Positions 26,608-39,039 of a DNA stretch of 64,000 nucleotides are shown here, piece after piece (positions within the stretch are counted from its first letter, which is position 1; the number at the start of each line of letters is the position of its first letter). The stretch comes from Octopus sinensis (lineage: Eukaryota), in the NCBI RefSeq assembly GCF_006345805.1, contig NC_043004.1, forward strand, positions 77,252,001 through 77,316,000, in the 5' to 3' direction. The notes beneath the pieces are model-generated. The model was not told the DNA's origin. It worked only from the letters and a program-made list of their open reading frames with translations, and ran no database searches. The position numbers and the translations under genes were made by a program.

Positions 26608-26856
26608 CTGTCCCTTTGAAATAAAGATGCATGCCAATGAAAGCATAAATAACAAAACTGGAAACGACACATGTTTCGAAGATTTCACTGATATTATTCC
26701 AAAGGAATAAATTGTGTAAAGCAATATAATCTTCTCGTCAGGGAAGTTATCTATTTTTGCCGTGATAATTGTTAACAAGGGAAAAATACACTCATCTATT
26801 TATATATACTTTATATACTTTATTTATATAACCTGCTAACAAAATAGTAACAACAT

Positions 26857-27039
26857 ATGGAGTTATTTAATATTAACGCATCTCTGAAGGATATTCCCAT
26901 TCCACCAAAGAATGCTCTCTTTAAACAACTTGTCAATAAGATAAATTCAAAATGTCTTATTGATGAGTTTCATTTCTTCACTTCCCTGAAGAGAAGATTA
27001 CATTGCTTTACACCATTTATTCCTTTGTGTCGGAAATAA
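26857..27039 (+). mobile_element. Penelope-like element ORF N-terminal remnant
   Basis: NASLKDIPIPPKNALFKQLVNKINSK...HFF resembles the SLKNIPIP...FF start of a Penelope-like RT ORF (recalled, not searched). Flanked by 62-bp direct repeats at 26745-26806 and 27185-27246. Confidence 0.45.
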
Positions 27040-27261
27040 AAGTATTTGAATTATACCTGCGTTAAACTCCATTTATCTATTTATATATTATATAAAAAAT
27101 TCCACGTAAAACCGAAGTTTTTACCTTTAAAAACAAGGAGTTACAACCTCTTTACTTGTGTGATTTGTTGCTGCCCTGGTAACTAGTTATCTATTTTATC
27201 CCTGTTAATTGTTAACAAGGGAAAAATACACTCATCTATTTATATAAACATATATATATAT

Positions 27262-27294
<33 letters not shown>

Positions 27295-27317
27295 TATATA
27301 TTGTAATATATATATAT

Positions 27318-27365
<48 letters not shown>

Positions 27366-27416
27366 TTATATATATTATATATATATATATATATTATATA
27401 TATATAATATAATATA

Positions 27417-27448
<32 letters not shown>

Positions 27449-27461
27449 GTATGTATGTATG

Positions 27462-27530
<69 letters not shown>

Positions 27531-27548
27531 TGTATGTATGTATGCATA

Positions 27549-27609
<61 letters not shown>

Positions 27610-27639
27610 TATATGTATGATATTAAATTTAATCCGAAC

Positions 27640-27840
27640 AAGAAAGCACAAAAAAACACAACAACGCGAGGACGTGGAACAAATATAGTATTATTGGACG
27701 CTCAGGAAAGAAGGAAAGAAGGAGGGTTTAACGTTTCGAGCGGAGCTCTTCGTCGGAAACATAGGAGAAGGAAAGATCCAGAGAAGGGAAGACAGAGGGA
27801 AAAAATAGCCAACGGTACACACGCGGTCACATTTTGAAAG
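27640..27840 (-). mobile_element. Family B-related repeat with a variant hammerhead motif (27726-27760)
   Basis: Minus strand GTTT CCGACGA A GAGC tcc GCTC GAAAC GTT AAAC; stem I has changed but still pairs (GTTT/AAAC). Confidence 0.55.
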
Positions 27841-27858
27841 ACCGGAAATATATATATA

Positions 27859-28010
27859 TCGAGCTTCTTTTAGTTTCTGTGTACTAAATCGACTCACAAG
27901 GTTTTGGTTAGCTCAAGACCATTGTAGAAGACATTTGCCCCAGGTGCCACGCCGTGGAACTGAACCTGGAAGTATGTGGTTGAGAAGCAAACTTCTTACC
28001 ACTCAACCAT
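27859..28010 (-). mobile_element. SINE S1 5' fragment, diverged
   Basis: gaagacatttgccccaggtgccacg...cttcttaccac matches the S1 head. Confidence 0.65.
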
Positions 28011-28888
28011 AGTGTTTACCATCATCTGTCAATAGGATTCTTGGCTAGTGTATAAAGTTAAATAGCTACAATCAGTATCTGATTAGACCTATTTAACTTC
28101 ACCTTCATTAATCATTAATTAATGATTATCGCTAGAATCAATATTGTCTCCTATTATACGTATCATCACCCTCTTTGTTCCGAAGCTGTTCAGTCAATTG
28201 GCATTATTTATCTACAATTAAATGACCTCTGTTGGCAAAAGTGCATTGTCTAAGAACATGGCACATCAAGACAGTATTGAAACAACAGACCCACCACCAC
28301 CACCACCATGTTTACCTACTAACGCGTCGATCAGTAACTTATAGTTCAAATCACGCGGGCACCATACACCATGAAGTTAATATATTTGACAAACCCATTT
28401 TAACATAGCCAGCATCCAAGCAATGTAGAGATCGCTGTGTCCGACAGAGTAAACAATACGAGGAAACAACCATTTAAAAACAATCGGAATTTTCCCCTTC
28501 AACATTACTGCGAAGGAATGTAAAAAATTGGCCACAGAAACCTTATCGGCAAAATAACACAGATTTCTTAACATGAAAAGGAGACTAAAACTTAAAAGAT
28601 TCCTAAATAAATAAACTAAAACACTCCTCTTCATTTCCGTCTCAAGAAACGCAATCCGCATTCTTCTTTAATTATATTTTTTTTTACTCTCTTAAGTTAG
28701 ATTTATTCTTCTTTTCTTTTAAATATTTCCGTCATTGGACTGCGACGACGCTGCGAACCACGTTGTAGAGTTTACTCGGCCCCAATAAATATTTTAAGTC
28801 TGGTTGTTAATTTATCGGTTCTCTTTTTGCCTCCCCATTTTGTTACACGTTGTGTGTGTGTGTGTGTGTGTGTGCGTGCGTGTGTGCG

Positions 28889-28921
<33 letters not shown>

Positions 28922-29420
28922 GTTTTTTTTCTTTGTGCCTGTGTTTGTCCCTCACCACCGTTTAACAACCGGTGTTTGTGTGTTTATGTCCCTGTAATCT
29001 AGAGGTTCGTCAAAAGAGATAATAGAAAATAAGTCGATACATTCGACTAAAAGTTCTTCAAAAGAATGTTAAAGAATACACAGCTTTCTGAGAACCATTT
29101 GAAATGCAACCTGAGGTGCATCACTTTTGATAAACACACCATTTTGGTGTGGCTGTAGATCTAGAGTAGTGACGTCACAAACTTATATCAATGAGAGAAT
29201 AGAACAAGTGAAATTTATCTGATTTAGTTTGAGGTAGACATTTTAGATTTTCATCAAAGAATCGATGCCCATCCTTTGAGCGGAAAAGATTAGTAATTTA
29301 AGACGCCGTGCAAATTTGAGGACCACTTTCCTGATTTGGGATCGAACACATATGGTCCTTATCAATACAGTCTTCCTTACGCATACATACACACATTCAC
29401 ATACACGTTCTTATGTTTGT

Positions 29421-29497
<77 letters not shown>

Positions 29498-29528
29498 GTA
29501 TATATGGTATATAGATGTATATATTATA

Positions 29529-29574
<46 letters not shown>

Positions 29575-29769
29575 TTATATAATATATATATACATAATAT
29601 ATATATATATACATCTATATACACATATATACATATATATATATATATATCTATATATAATATATATATATACATGCGTACATACATGTATCCATATGTG
29701 TGCGTGTGCGCGTATATATATATTAGTCATACAAACATGCATCCATGTATATATGCACGCATATTTGTA

Positions 29770-30425
29770 TCAACCATATGGTTCCGGGTTCAGTTCCCCT
29801 GCGTGGCTCCGTCGGCAAGTGTCTTCTACTATAGCCTCGGGCCGACCAAAGCCTTGTGAGTGGATTTATTAGACGGAAACTGAAAGAAGCCCGTCGTATA
29901 TATGTATGTATGTATGTATGTATATATGATGGGTTTCTTGCAACCCCTCCGACCAGGATAGCCTGGGGAAGATACCAACACTTCGATTACTTATATATAT
30001 ATATATATAATATATATATATATATCTGTGTGTGTTGTGTTTTATGCATTATTACTTATTTACATTCGACGGATATTTGTCCTCATATCTTGTTGTTGTG
30101 TTAACAACAACAAAATGAGGACAAATATCCGTCGAATGTAAATAATGTAAATAATGTAAATAATCTACATAATTTCTCATCTCTTAAATATAGAACTGTA
30201 TGTGTGTGTATGCTTGTGCGTCTGTGTTTGTCCCCCCCCAGGCATCGCTTCACAACAGATGCTGGTGTGTTTACGTCCCCGTAACTTAGCGGTTCGGCAA
30301 AAGAGGCCGATAGAATAAGTAGTAAGCTTACAATGAATAAGTCCTGCGGCCGATTTGCTCGACTAAATGTGGTGCTCCAGCATGGCAGCAGTAAAATATT
30401 CCGAAACAAGTAAAAGTATAAAAGA
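29770..30425 (+). mobile_element. SINE S1 split by an insertion in its internal microsatellite
   Basis: 5' half at 29770-29920 and 3' half at 30195-30425, separated by a 62-bp repeat, a (TA) tract and a family A hairpin. Confidence 0.7.
30058..30143. repeat. Perfect 29-bp-arm inverted repeat made from the family A 3' tail
   Basis: atttacattcgacggatatttgtcctcat (30058-30086) and atgaggacaaatatccgtcgaatgtaaat (30115-30143). Confidence 0.9.
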
Positions 30426-30432
30426 ATATATA

Positions 30433-30472
<40 letters not shown>

Positions 30473-31040
30473 CGCGTCTGTGTGTGTGTGTGTGCATGGC
30501 GACGAATAAAGCTATGTGAGTAGATTTGGTAAATGGAAATTGAAACCACCGTTTTCTGTTCGTGTTCTATTTGTTCCCCACTTCCGCTTTATAACCGCTA
30601 TTGGTTCGTTTACATCCACATGCATACAAGCTTCTGAGTTTCTACGTCTTCTCATTCAATTGCGATCCTATGATGATTAATTTGTCAAGAGCTGCAGCAA
30701 CAGAGAAGCAGGCCGAAACCGCGTAAGCGAGCAAAGAATTGTATCGGCAACCATATATGCTATACCTACAATGTGCGCTCAGGAGCGAAGTAAAAACCGC
30801 CGAAATGACGGTATTTCGTCGTCGCAGCTGCAACGACAACAACCATCTCTGAGATTAAAGTTGCAGCAGATGATATGGAACACATATTTCCTATTATCTC
30901 TACTTTCGTTGTGAAAGTTATCCAATGATAGAGGTAACCCAACACAAATAACACTTGCACACTTCCAGTCATTTACAACTGGCTTGAACCTAATCATCAC
31001 ACATTGTTTTTTCGCTCGAGACGTTTTCTTCCAGATTTTA

Positions 31041-31271
31041 TCTTCAAGGACTCTCTTACAAGACTCTCCTTCAAAGACTCTCCTTCAAGGACTCTCCTTC
31101 AAGGACCCTCCTTCAAGGACTCTCCTACAAGGACTCTCCTACAAGGACTCTCCAACAAGAACTCTCCTTCAAGGACTCTCCTACAAGGACTCTCCTTCCA
31201 GGACTCTCCTACAAGGACTCTGCTTCAAGGACTCTCCTACAAGGACTCTCCTTCAAGGACTCTCCTACAAG
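31041..31271. repeat. 14-bp minisatellite aggactctcct(t/a)ca, about 16 copies
   Basis: Directly visible; unit length is not a multiple of 3. Confidence 0.9.
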
Positions 31272-31744
31272 AACACCAATACCGTTAAAAGGGGTCTTAT
31301 CTACCTTTCTTCTAGATAGATGTCTGACTAGAATCAAAGATCTGCCAAATTCAAACTGGTCTTACGGTGCGCCTATCATAACCTCAAGTATTTCTAGATT
31401 TTTGTCTATTATTTCTAGATTGTGGGTGATCTTTCGGTGGGTTCATTAGGACTTTTGACAAGTCTTACTTTTGTACTGATGGGTTTCTTGCAACCCCTCC
31501 GATCAGGATAACCTGGGGAAGATACCAACACTTCGATTGCTTTATAGGTTTTACAATACATGTGACCAGTATCACTCAAAACGACAGAAGACTATACATG
31601 TATGTATATGTAAAATATATACACGCTGACACACGCATTCGCACATGCACAGACACACAAACGCACACATACATATAGAGACATACATATAAGCAGACAT
31701 AAATACAGATACACAAATATACAAACATATATATATACATACAT

Positions 31745-32006
31745 ATTTCTTTACTACCCACAAGGGGCTAAACACAGAGAGGACAAACAAAGACAGACAA
31801 GCGGATGCATGTCAGCATCTGGAAGTGTAACAGCGATACCCTTCCTGACATCCCTCCTTACTTTCTCATGCGCAACTCGAGATTTCTCAGAAGTAGCTGT
31901 CCCCTCGTGCACAATCATTCTCCACCTGCTACGATCAATAGCTATGCCCTCCCATGTGTCAGGAGAGATGCAAGCTTCTCTTAAAGAAGCCTTCAGCAAG
32001 TCCTTA
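31745..32006 (-). mobile_element. RTE-clade LINE C-terminus and 3' UTR
   Basis: YKDLLKASLREACISPDTWEGIAIDRSRWRMIVHEG (ORF 31754-32083); 3' end ...ggtagtaaagaaat followed by (ATGT)-like repeats. Confidence 0.7.
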
Positions 32007-32367
32007 TACATACATACATACATACATACATACATACATACATACATACATACATACATACATACATACATACATACATACATACATACATACCCTGTTG
32101 ATGTTGTTAAAGTTCCAATGAAGGAGCATTGGATCTAGGTTAAAAACCAGCTCTTTCTCTATTGGCAAGAAATCTTGAAATAAGACTGAATAATGACATA
32201 CATACAAAGCTCGTGGGGACCACAATGGAGTGTTGCTCTTACATATGAGACGGTGCTGCTACTGCATGCATTCCCATCCAATACGTTATCCAGAAAATGA
32301 CCACCCGGCTAATTGACATTCTAATTCATATACATGTCTCTTACCTCTACCATTTTTATTGTTATTA

Positions 32368-33582
32368 CAAGGTGTTCAAGATACATTTGACAGTTTGCAT
32401 TAAAAGTAAAGAAAACATATTGTTCCATTAAAAAATAAATGTATTTTAAAAAATCAAAACATATCAACTGGATTATGATTGGGAGAGAACAGAGTATTGA
32501 AAGTAGTACCACGGTCTCAAGATGGCTCCGAAACGTGATGTGTGCCTTGGAAGATCTTTGAACACTTTTTATCTTGGCCACCAGTTTAGAATTGGTCTTG
32601 CAGGAAGAATGGTTGGTGTCTTTCTCAACTGCATCCCATACATAATAATTCATGGGATTACAATCAGAAACATTAGGAGGCCAGAAATTTGGGTTGATGA
32701 AGTAACAGAAATTCTCTGACAACCACTTCTGACTGTTTCCGGAGATGTGATAACGAGCCAAATCTTGCTGCCTCACATATGGCCTTCCAGTAGCAACCCA
32801 CTCCAGCCAGGGACTAACCACAATTTTCTACAGGTTTACGAAGCCTTCTGATTTTAGTCTAAATCCCGGTGCAAAGTTGTGGAGCGGCATGGTGTCACCC
32901 TCACTGGAGACACATCCAAAGACGATCGCAATTTGGGGGAACTTGGTTAACATGATATATGGGACATCACATGTAGTGCAGGCAAGCCACCTGTTTTTCT
33001 GGGTGTTGAGCAACTGGTCCTGACAGAATTTTTCATCTGCGAAGAACCAGATTATCCCCGGCTCAACAAGATACCTCAGCTTGTTTGAGAGTTTCTTTGC
33101 CTCCATCAAGCGGTTCTCCTTCGCCTCGGTTGTTAGAATTTGTCTCTGGCACCGTTTGTACGAGTGGTAGCAAAGGTCCTCATTCAGGGCCAGGTTCATG
33201 GTGGCGACTCCAACACACATTTCTCTCGCCAAAGCCCGGATTTCTTTACTTGGATCTTCCATCACCTTGCCTAGCAGTTATTGGAGGGGTTCCGGTCTGT
33301 GGATGCATTCAGAACATCTGGTACATCCCTTCCTGTTGGCAACGGCATCGTAGTCTCCGATGCAGATGTCCATGTCACATCTTACAATGTCTACAGGGCA
33401 TTGAGCAGCAGTCATGTAGATACATGGCGCGCCGATAGCTTTTCCAGCATTCAGATGGCTTTCAGTCCTTCATATTAGTTACATTTTTCTCAACTATAGC
33501 CGTTGACTGTTCATCAACACATCAAGCTCTTCCTGAAAGAAAACAGGACACAAAAACTGTCAAATTTATCCCGAACACCCTG
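32368..33582 (-). mobile_element. Decayed Tc1/mariner-superfamily transposon, DD37D (maT) type, 1215 bp
   Basis: 29-bp imperfect TIRs at 32368-32396 and 33554-33582, left TA intact. Transposase motifs WFFADEK, QQD and WPPN-S-D-NP; 37 residues between the second D and the third position, which is mutated to N. Confidence 0.85.
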
Positions 33583-33929
33583 AATGATGCCCCTGCTCCT
33601 CCCTTGTTCATGACTCCTCCACTCAGGCACTCCTGACTCATTCCCCTCTACTACTGTCAATACCCTTGTTAAATCCAATTCGTGAAGTCCTTCCGTCGCA
33701 GAACGTTTACTTATGTCCTTCCTGTAGGTGTTAACTTATATTCGTTCACGAGAAACATCAATAGCCTCAACCTTTACAGTCTAAGAGGGCCTGCGGAGAC
33801 CATGGGTACTACGCTTTCCCTCATACACAGCAAGATTTATGTATGTATGTATGTATGTATGTATGTATGTATGTATGTATGTATGTATGTATGTATGTAT
33901 GTATGTATGTATGTATGTATGTATGTCTC

Positions 33930-34340
33930 TTGTCAGGTCATTTTCGAGTGCTACTGGTAACATTTAACCCAGTACAACCTGTTGCATGGTCGGGTCGTCG
34001 GCGACTAAACCGGCAACCCCACCAAGCTTGCTTGCTGAGGAGGGTGTTTATTGGACACCTTGCGGGATGAAAAACAAAACCCGTCAAAGAGCGGAAGAAT
34101 TCTTGAGAGTCAACGGCCATCCAATAAATGTCTTAAGGCTGTATCATGCGCGGGGACATAGAAATAATCGGATTGAATACCCGATCGCGCGGTTAAACCA
34201 TTGGGAGTGAAGGACTCCTAGCCTTTGTTAGGGCATCCCCCTAGGAGACGGTAACTCAGGTAACTGGGATAACTCCGACATAAACCTGCTGCTCAGTGGT
34301 TACCGATGATGTTGACTTGTTCTTCTTTTCGGATTATGAC
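33930..34340 (+). mobile_element. Possible RTE-like 5' UTR fragment
   Basis: GC-richer block after (TATG)n with ctaggagacggtaactc...ataaacc and ttcggattatg, reminiscent of RTE 5' UTRs; no coding support. Confidence 0.3.
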
Positions 34341-34844
34341 TGCTGTTGTTTAGTGAGTGAGATTGACTCAGTGCACAGCCTTTCCTCACTTTAAAAAAAA
34401 TCTTCTTGCACAGGCATTGCATGATAACAACATTGATCAAGCTTCGTGCAATGGTCATACTCGATAACGAGGGGGCAGCCACCATGTATGTATATACGCA
34501 CATGCATGTATGTACGTACGCACGCACGTATTTATGTATGCATGTATGTGTGTATGTATATATGTATGCATTCATGCATGGATATTTTAGTTGTTTTCAG
34601 TGACGGGTAAAAATAGGAATTCATGAAAATATGCACTTCTCAAAGTAGATTGGTTCTCAGTGGAATCGAAATGAAGAGATGCTTGACCACGTCCAGATTT
34701 TACTGCTGTGCCAAAAAGATGCTCTCCTGCTGCAATAACAGTTGCATTGCTACGAAACAACTACGCTAACTTTGCCGCTAAAGTATACTTTTTAGTACAA
34801 ATATTAGTGCAAATAATATTGTAAACATATTAGTACAAATAATG

Positions 34845-34923
<79 letters not shown>

Positions 34924-35186
34924 AATTATTGTATACAGTGCCCAGGTGCACCATAACTTGTCAAAAGTGCGTATAAAGCATATGCAGTAATGTCTGGGAA
35001 GTGAACAGTGTATGAGTCAGATAGATGCTTGCGTGTGTATGGAGGGCAGAAAATCAGGTGTAGTGTTGCCGAATCTCCGGAAGAATGTGAGTTTTGGTTG
35101 TTAAGAATAGCAAAATATCTGAAATTTGAATCTGGCAGTCACGAAATAATTGTTTATAGATTCGAAAGAAGAATATTAAAACTTAC

Positions 35187-35247
35187 CTGAAGTGAAACTC
35201 TGCATTGTTTTAATAATCAAAAGTAGAGTAAACACGAACTTCAACAT
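35187..35247 (-). CDS. First coding exon (signal peptide) of the mucin-stalk/PSI gene
   Basis: caaacATG at 35247; reads MLKFVFTLLLIIKTMQSFTS plus 1 nt (basic N-terminus, 9-residue hydrophobic core); consensus donor CAG|GTAAGT in phase 1. Confidence 0.75.
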
Positions 35248-35556
35248 GTTTGAGCGATTTTTTCTTTCTATTTCCGAAAACCAATCAGTATTTCTTCATA
35301 AGAATGGGAAAATGTCCGATAGTGATTAAATGTTTAACTATATTTCTGTGTGTCGGAATCTCTTAGTGTATGTGAGTGGGTGTGTATGTGTGTGCATTGG
35401 TTTGACTTAATATGTGTAGGTATGTCTGTTACTGTACGTGAAAGTGCAGGAGAGTGTGTGTAAGTGTAAGAGACTAACTGTGTGAGAATATATGTAATAG
35501 AATGAGGCTATGAGAGAGTGTGAATGAGTGTGTGTTGTCAGTGAATCCTGCGGTGG

Positions 35557-35563
35557 TTTTATA
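35557..35563 (-). promoter_or_regulatory. Candidate TATA box for the mucin-stalk/PSI gene
   Basis: TATAAAA on the minus strand about 310 bp upstream of the ATG, with an Inr-like TCATT near 35525; motif match only. Confidence 0.35.
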
Positions 35564-35657
35564 AGCAGGATGTATAGCTAAGTTGTCTTCACACAAACAC
35601 AATTGTTAAACGCTTAACTCTTCTATTATACTCTTTTCTGCCTTCAGTCTGTATGAA

Positions 35658-36075
35658 CTTACTCTTACTCTTTTACCCTTTTACTTGTTTCAGTCATTTG
35701 ACTGTGGCCATGCTGGAGCACCGCCTTTAGTCGAGCAAATCGACCCCGAGACTTATTCTTTGTAAGCCCAGTACTTATTCTATCGGTCTCTTTTGCCGAA
35801 CCGCTAAGTAACGGGGACGTAAACACAGCAGCATATGTTGTCAAGCAATGCTAGGGGTACACACAAATACACACACACACACACACACACGACACCACAC
35901 ACACACACATATGACAGACTTCTTTCAGTTTCCGTCTACCAAATCCACTCACAAGGCATTAGTCGGCCCGGGGCTATAGCAGAAGACACTTGCCCAAGGT
36001 GCCACGCAGTGGGACTGAACCCAGAACCATGTGGTTGGTTAGCAAGCTACTTACCACACAGCCACTCCTGCGCCT
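35658..36075 (-). mobile_element. SINE S1, full length
   Basis: Highly similar to 6092-6506. Confidence 0.85.
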
Positions 36076-36124
36076 ATCAAAGTAGTTTATCAAAGTTAAA
36101 GCTTTACCTCTTTCAACTCACAAT

Positions 36125-36224
36125 NNNNNNNNNNNNNNNNNNNNNNNNNNNNNNNNNNNNNNNNNNNNNNNNNNNNNNNNNNNNNNNNNNNNNNNNNNNN
36201 NNNNNNNNNNNNNNNNNNNNNNNN
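36125..36224. other. Assembly gap (100 N)
   Basis: Run of N. Confidence 1.
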
Positions 36225-36225
36225 A

Positions 36226-36655
36226 GTTATTGGCGATGGCTTGTCGAAACATGAGGGGGAGGTAGTTCTAATCTGCTTCCCAAAAGGGGATTACAAACCA
36301 TATATGCTTATTTCTATCTATGTGATGGGTCGGGACGCCAGCTCTCGCATTCGGGTGGGTGATTCTCGGATGAATAACGGGTTTTTGGGTTAGTGTGAGA
36401 TCCCCCGGACCGATAATTATCCTTGTTCGCTAAATTAAATGCGGGAGTGACTGCCCCAGCACCCGCCGCGCTCCCGTCACTACTTAAATTGTTTGTGTTA
36501 TTATAGACGGCCCTATCCTGATGACCGAATGATGGCATCGGAAGGGCCGGATCAATATAAATTACCTTCTGCCTATAACCGGCCTTGGATAGTGCGGCGT
36601 TATAAAATTCCGCTTTCTGCATAAAAATATCGGCACTAGCGGACAAACCAGACAA
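36226..36655 (-). mobile_element. Penelope-like element RT thumb/linker fragment
   Basis: SGLSASADIFMQKAEFYNAALSKAGY (ORF 36314-36655), then after a 1-nt shift IWFNPPFGKQIRT; both are typical Penelope-like RT motifs. Confidence 0.65.
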
Positions 36656-37095
36656 TATATATATACACTTTACATTCGTATTTGTTTTTAAGTTGTTATG
36701 ATAAAAACAAATAAAAACAACCTTACATTATCCGTTTGTAGAGTACAAATTTAATACTGACAGTCACTTCGAAGTTTCGGCCAACTCAGCAGTCCTACGA
36801 TGGCTAAGCTGTCACGGTCAATAATATACTTGTTTAGGAATTTTAATATATATATATATTTTCGTATATTTTCATTTGACTTGCTTATTTTTACGCTTTG
36901 GGTTTTTGCTGAATTTTTTCTTGAGAACACATTCTCCACGGAAAATGGCGATTTCGACATCTATTTCTAGCATACAGGCTGTCCTTTTTTAGTGGTCAAT
37001 CCTCTAAATTTTGTATGTAAAAGATTTTTAATCTTCGGATTTTTTAAATATACTGGTGTTAATTGATTAATATCAATTTAATTATACCTTTATTA

Positions 37096-37204
<109 letters not shown>

Positions 37205-37250
37205 TCCCCTGCTTTCACTTCACTACTGAGCGCGGCTCTGTGCCTTGGGT

Positions 37251-37590
37251 GAAGGCGCATGGCTCAGTGGTTAGAGCGTCGAGCTTACGATCGTGAGGTT
37301 GTGAGCTCGAATCCCGGACCGGGCTGCGTGTTGTGTTCTCGAGCAAGGCACTTTATTTCACGTTGCTCCAGTTCACTCAGCTGTAGAAATGAGTTGCGAC
37401 GTCACTGGTGCCAAGCTGTATCGGCCTTTGTCTTTCCCTTGGATAACACTGGTGGCGTGGAGAGGGGAGGCTGGTATGCATGGGCGACTGCTGGCCTTCC
37501 ATAAACAACCTTGCCCGGACTTGTGTCTAGGAGGGTAACTTTCTAGGTGCAATCCCATGGTCATTCATGACCGAAGGGGGTCTTTACCTA
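37251..37590 (+). mobile_element. tRNA-derived SINE family S4, full length
   Basis: A box tggctcagtgg (37260-37270), B-box-like gctcgaatcc, body gagcaaggcactttatttcacgttgctcc shared with 52315-52445. Confidence 0.8.
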
Positions 37591-38290
37591 TATATATATA
37601 TACGTGTGTGTGTGTGTACATACATATACACATATATATATATAAATATATATATATATGCGAGCATGTATGTAAGTATGTATATGAATACACCTGCACG
37701 CGCGCGCGCGTGTGTGTGTGTGTGCGTGTGTGAACTCTATGATGTTATTTGAAGACCAAAAGTTGTGATGTTTAATGATATCTGTCAAGGGAAGTAAGTC
37801 AAGAGTGAAGAAATTCGGTTATTTCCCTTCCTTCATAATCGCTTCATTTATCAGATGTTTATATGTACCTAGTTGTAAAAATAGTACGTTGGTACGTTTT
37901 TTATCAAAACTTTTTCTTCTGTTTTCTAACTTTGTTAAATATGTTACTAAGTAGATTTTTTAGGGAGGTTTGGTTGTATGAAATAGAATGCGTAGTTTAT
38001 GCAGTGGTGCACACCAAGCTGATATTTATAAAGAATGTTGGATTCTATTTAGGGCTGAAAATGTCAGTGAAAGACCTTCTGAGTCCTTCTGCGGTTCTCG
38101 CTATTGTTGTCATCAGATGATTATTAATGTGCTTGGCGGCATATACGAAATAACATCAGATTCTTCAATTTATGAGATAAAGTAATTGATTGATCGTTAT
38201 CAAAATTCAGAGTTGCATCGATACATCAAAATCGAAAGCGGTATGGGCAAAATTAAGCGGAGCTAATTTTGCGATTGAGAAGGACCAGAT

Positions 38291-38292
38291 CG

Positions 38293-38345
<53 letters not shown>

Positions 38346-38466
38346 GGTGGTGGTGGTGGTGGTGGTGGTGGTGGTGTTGTTGTTGTTGTTGTTGTATTTG
38401 TTGTTGTTGCTGCTGCTGCTGCTGCTGCTGTTGTTGTTGTTGCAGTTGTTATTGTTGTTATTATTA

Positions 38467-38520
<54 letters not shown>
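38291..38520. repeat. Compound trinucleotide array (GTT)(GGT)(GTT)(GCT)(GTT)(ATT)
   Basis: Directly visible. Confidence 0.95.
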
Positions 38521-38522
<2 letters not shown>

Positions 38523-38529
38523 TTTATCA

Positions 38530-39010
38530 TTATCAGTCAGTAGTTTTATTTTTATCCCCTGCTTTCACTTCACTACTGAGCGCGGCTCTGTGCCTTGGGT
38601 ATGTGCTGTGGTTTGTCGTGATGATCTTATTGTTATTGTATTGAAAGTATATTTTCTTTTTCTTTTTTTTTTTTCATAGGATGCGTACGGTGCCTAGTGG
38701 TGCTATTTCTGTATGTTATATATACTTGTTAGCCCCGGTGTTTTTGCTATGTATTTGTCTGAATATTTTTTTATCATACCTAATGATGGGAATTGTTTAT
38801 GTTTTTAGACTCCACATTCGAGTTACCTCTATTTCCAGGTCCTTCTATTTTGAAACTTTCTCCGTTTCTTTTAGAGAAGCATTTTCATCTTTTGGTATTG
38901 ATACATCGATTAGAAGGCATTTTTTGTTTTTGTTTTTGTGATCTCTGACAACTATATCCAGCCTATTGGCCTCAATTACTTTTTGTGTATTGGTATATCC
39001 CATAGTACGG
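38530..39010 (-). mobile_element. R4/Dong-clade LINE endonuclease region and 3' UTR ending in (TAA)n
   Basis: IEANRLDIVVRDHKNKNKKCLLIDVSIPKDENASLKETEKVSK (ORF 38845-39276). Confidence 0.75.
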
Positions 39011-39039
39011 ATGCTTTCTCGTTTTCTATGACCTTTTCT

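Noticed and set aside
37840-38190. Possible N-terminal region of a Penelope-like ORF (minus strand)
   Set aside because: No diagnostic motif; impression only.
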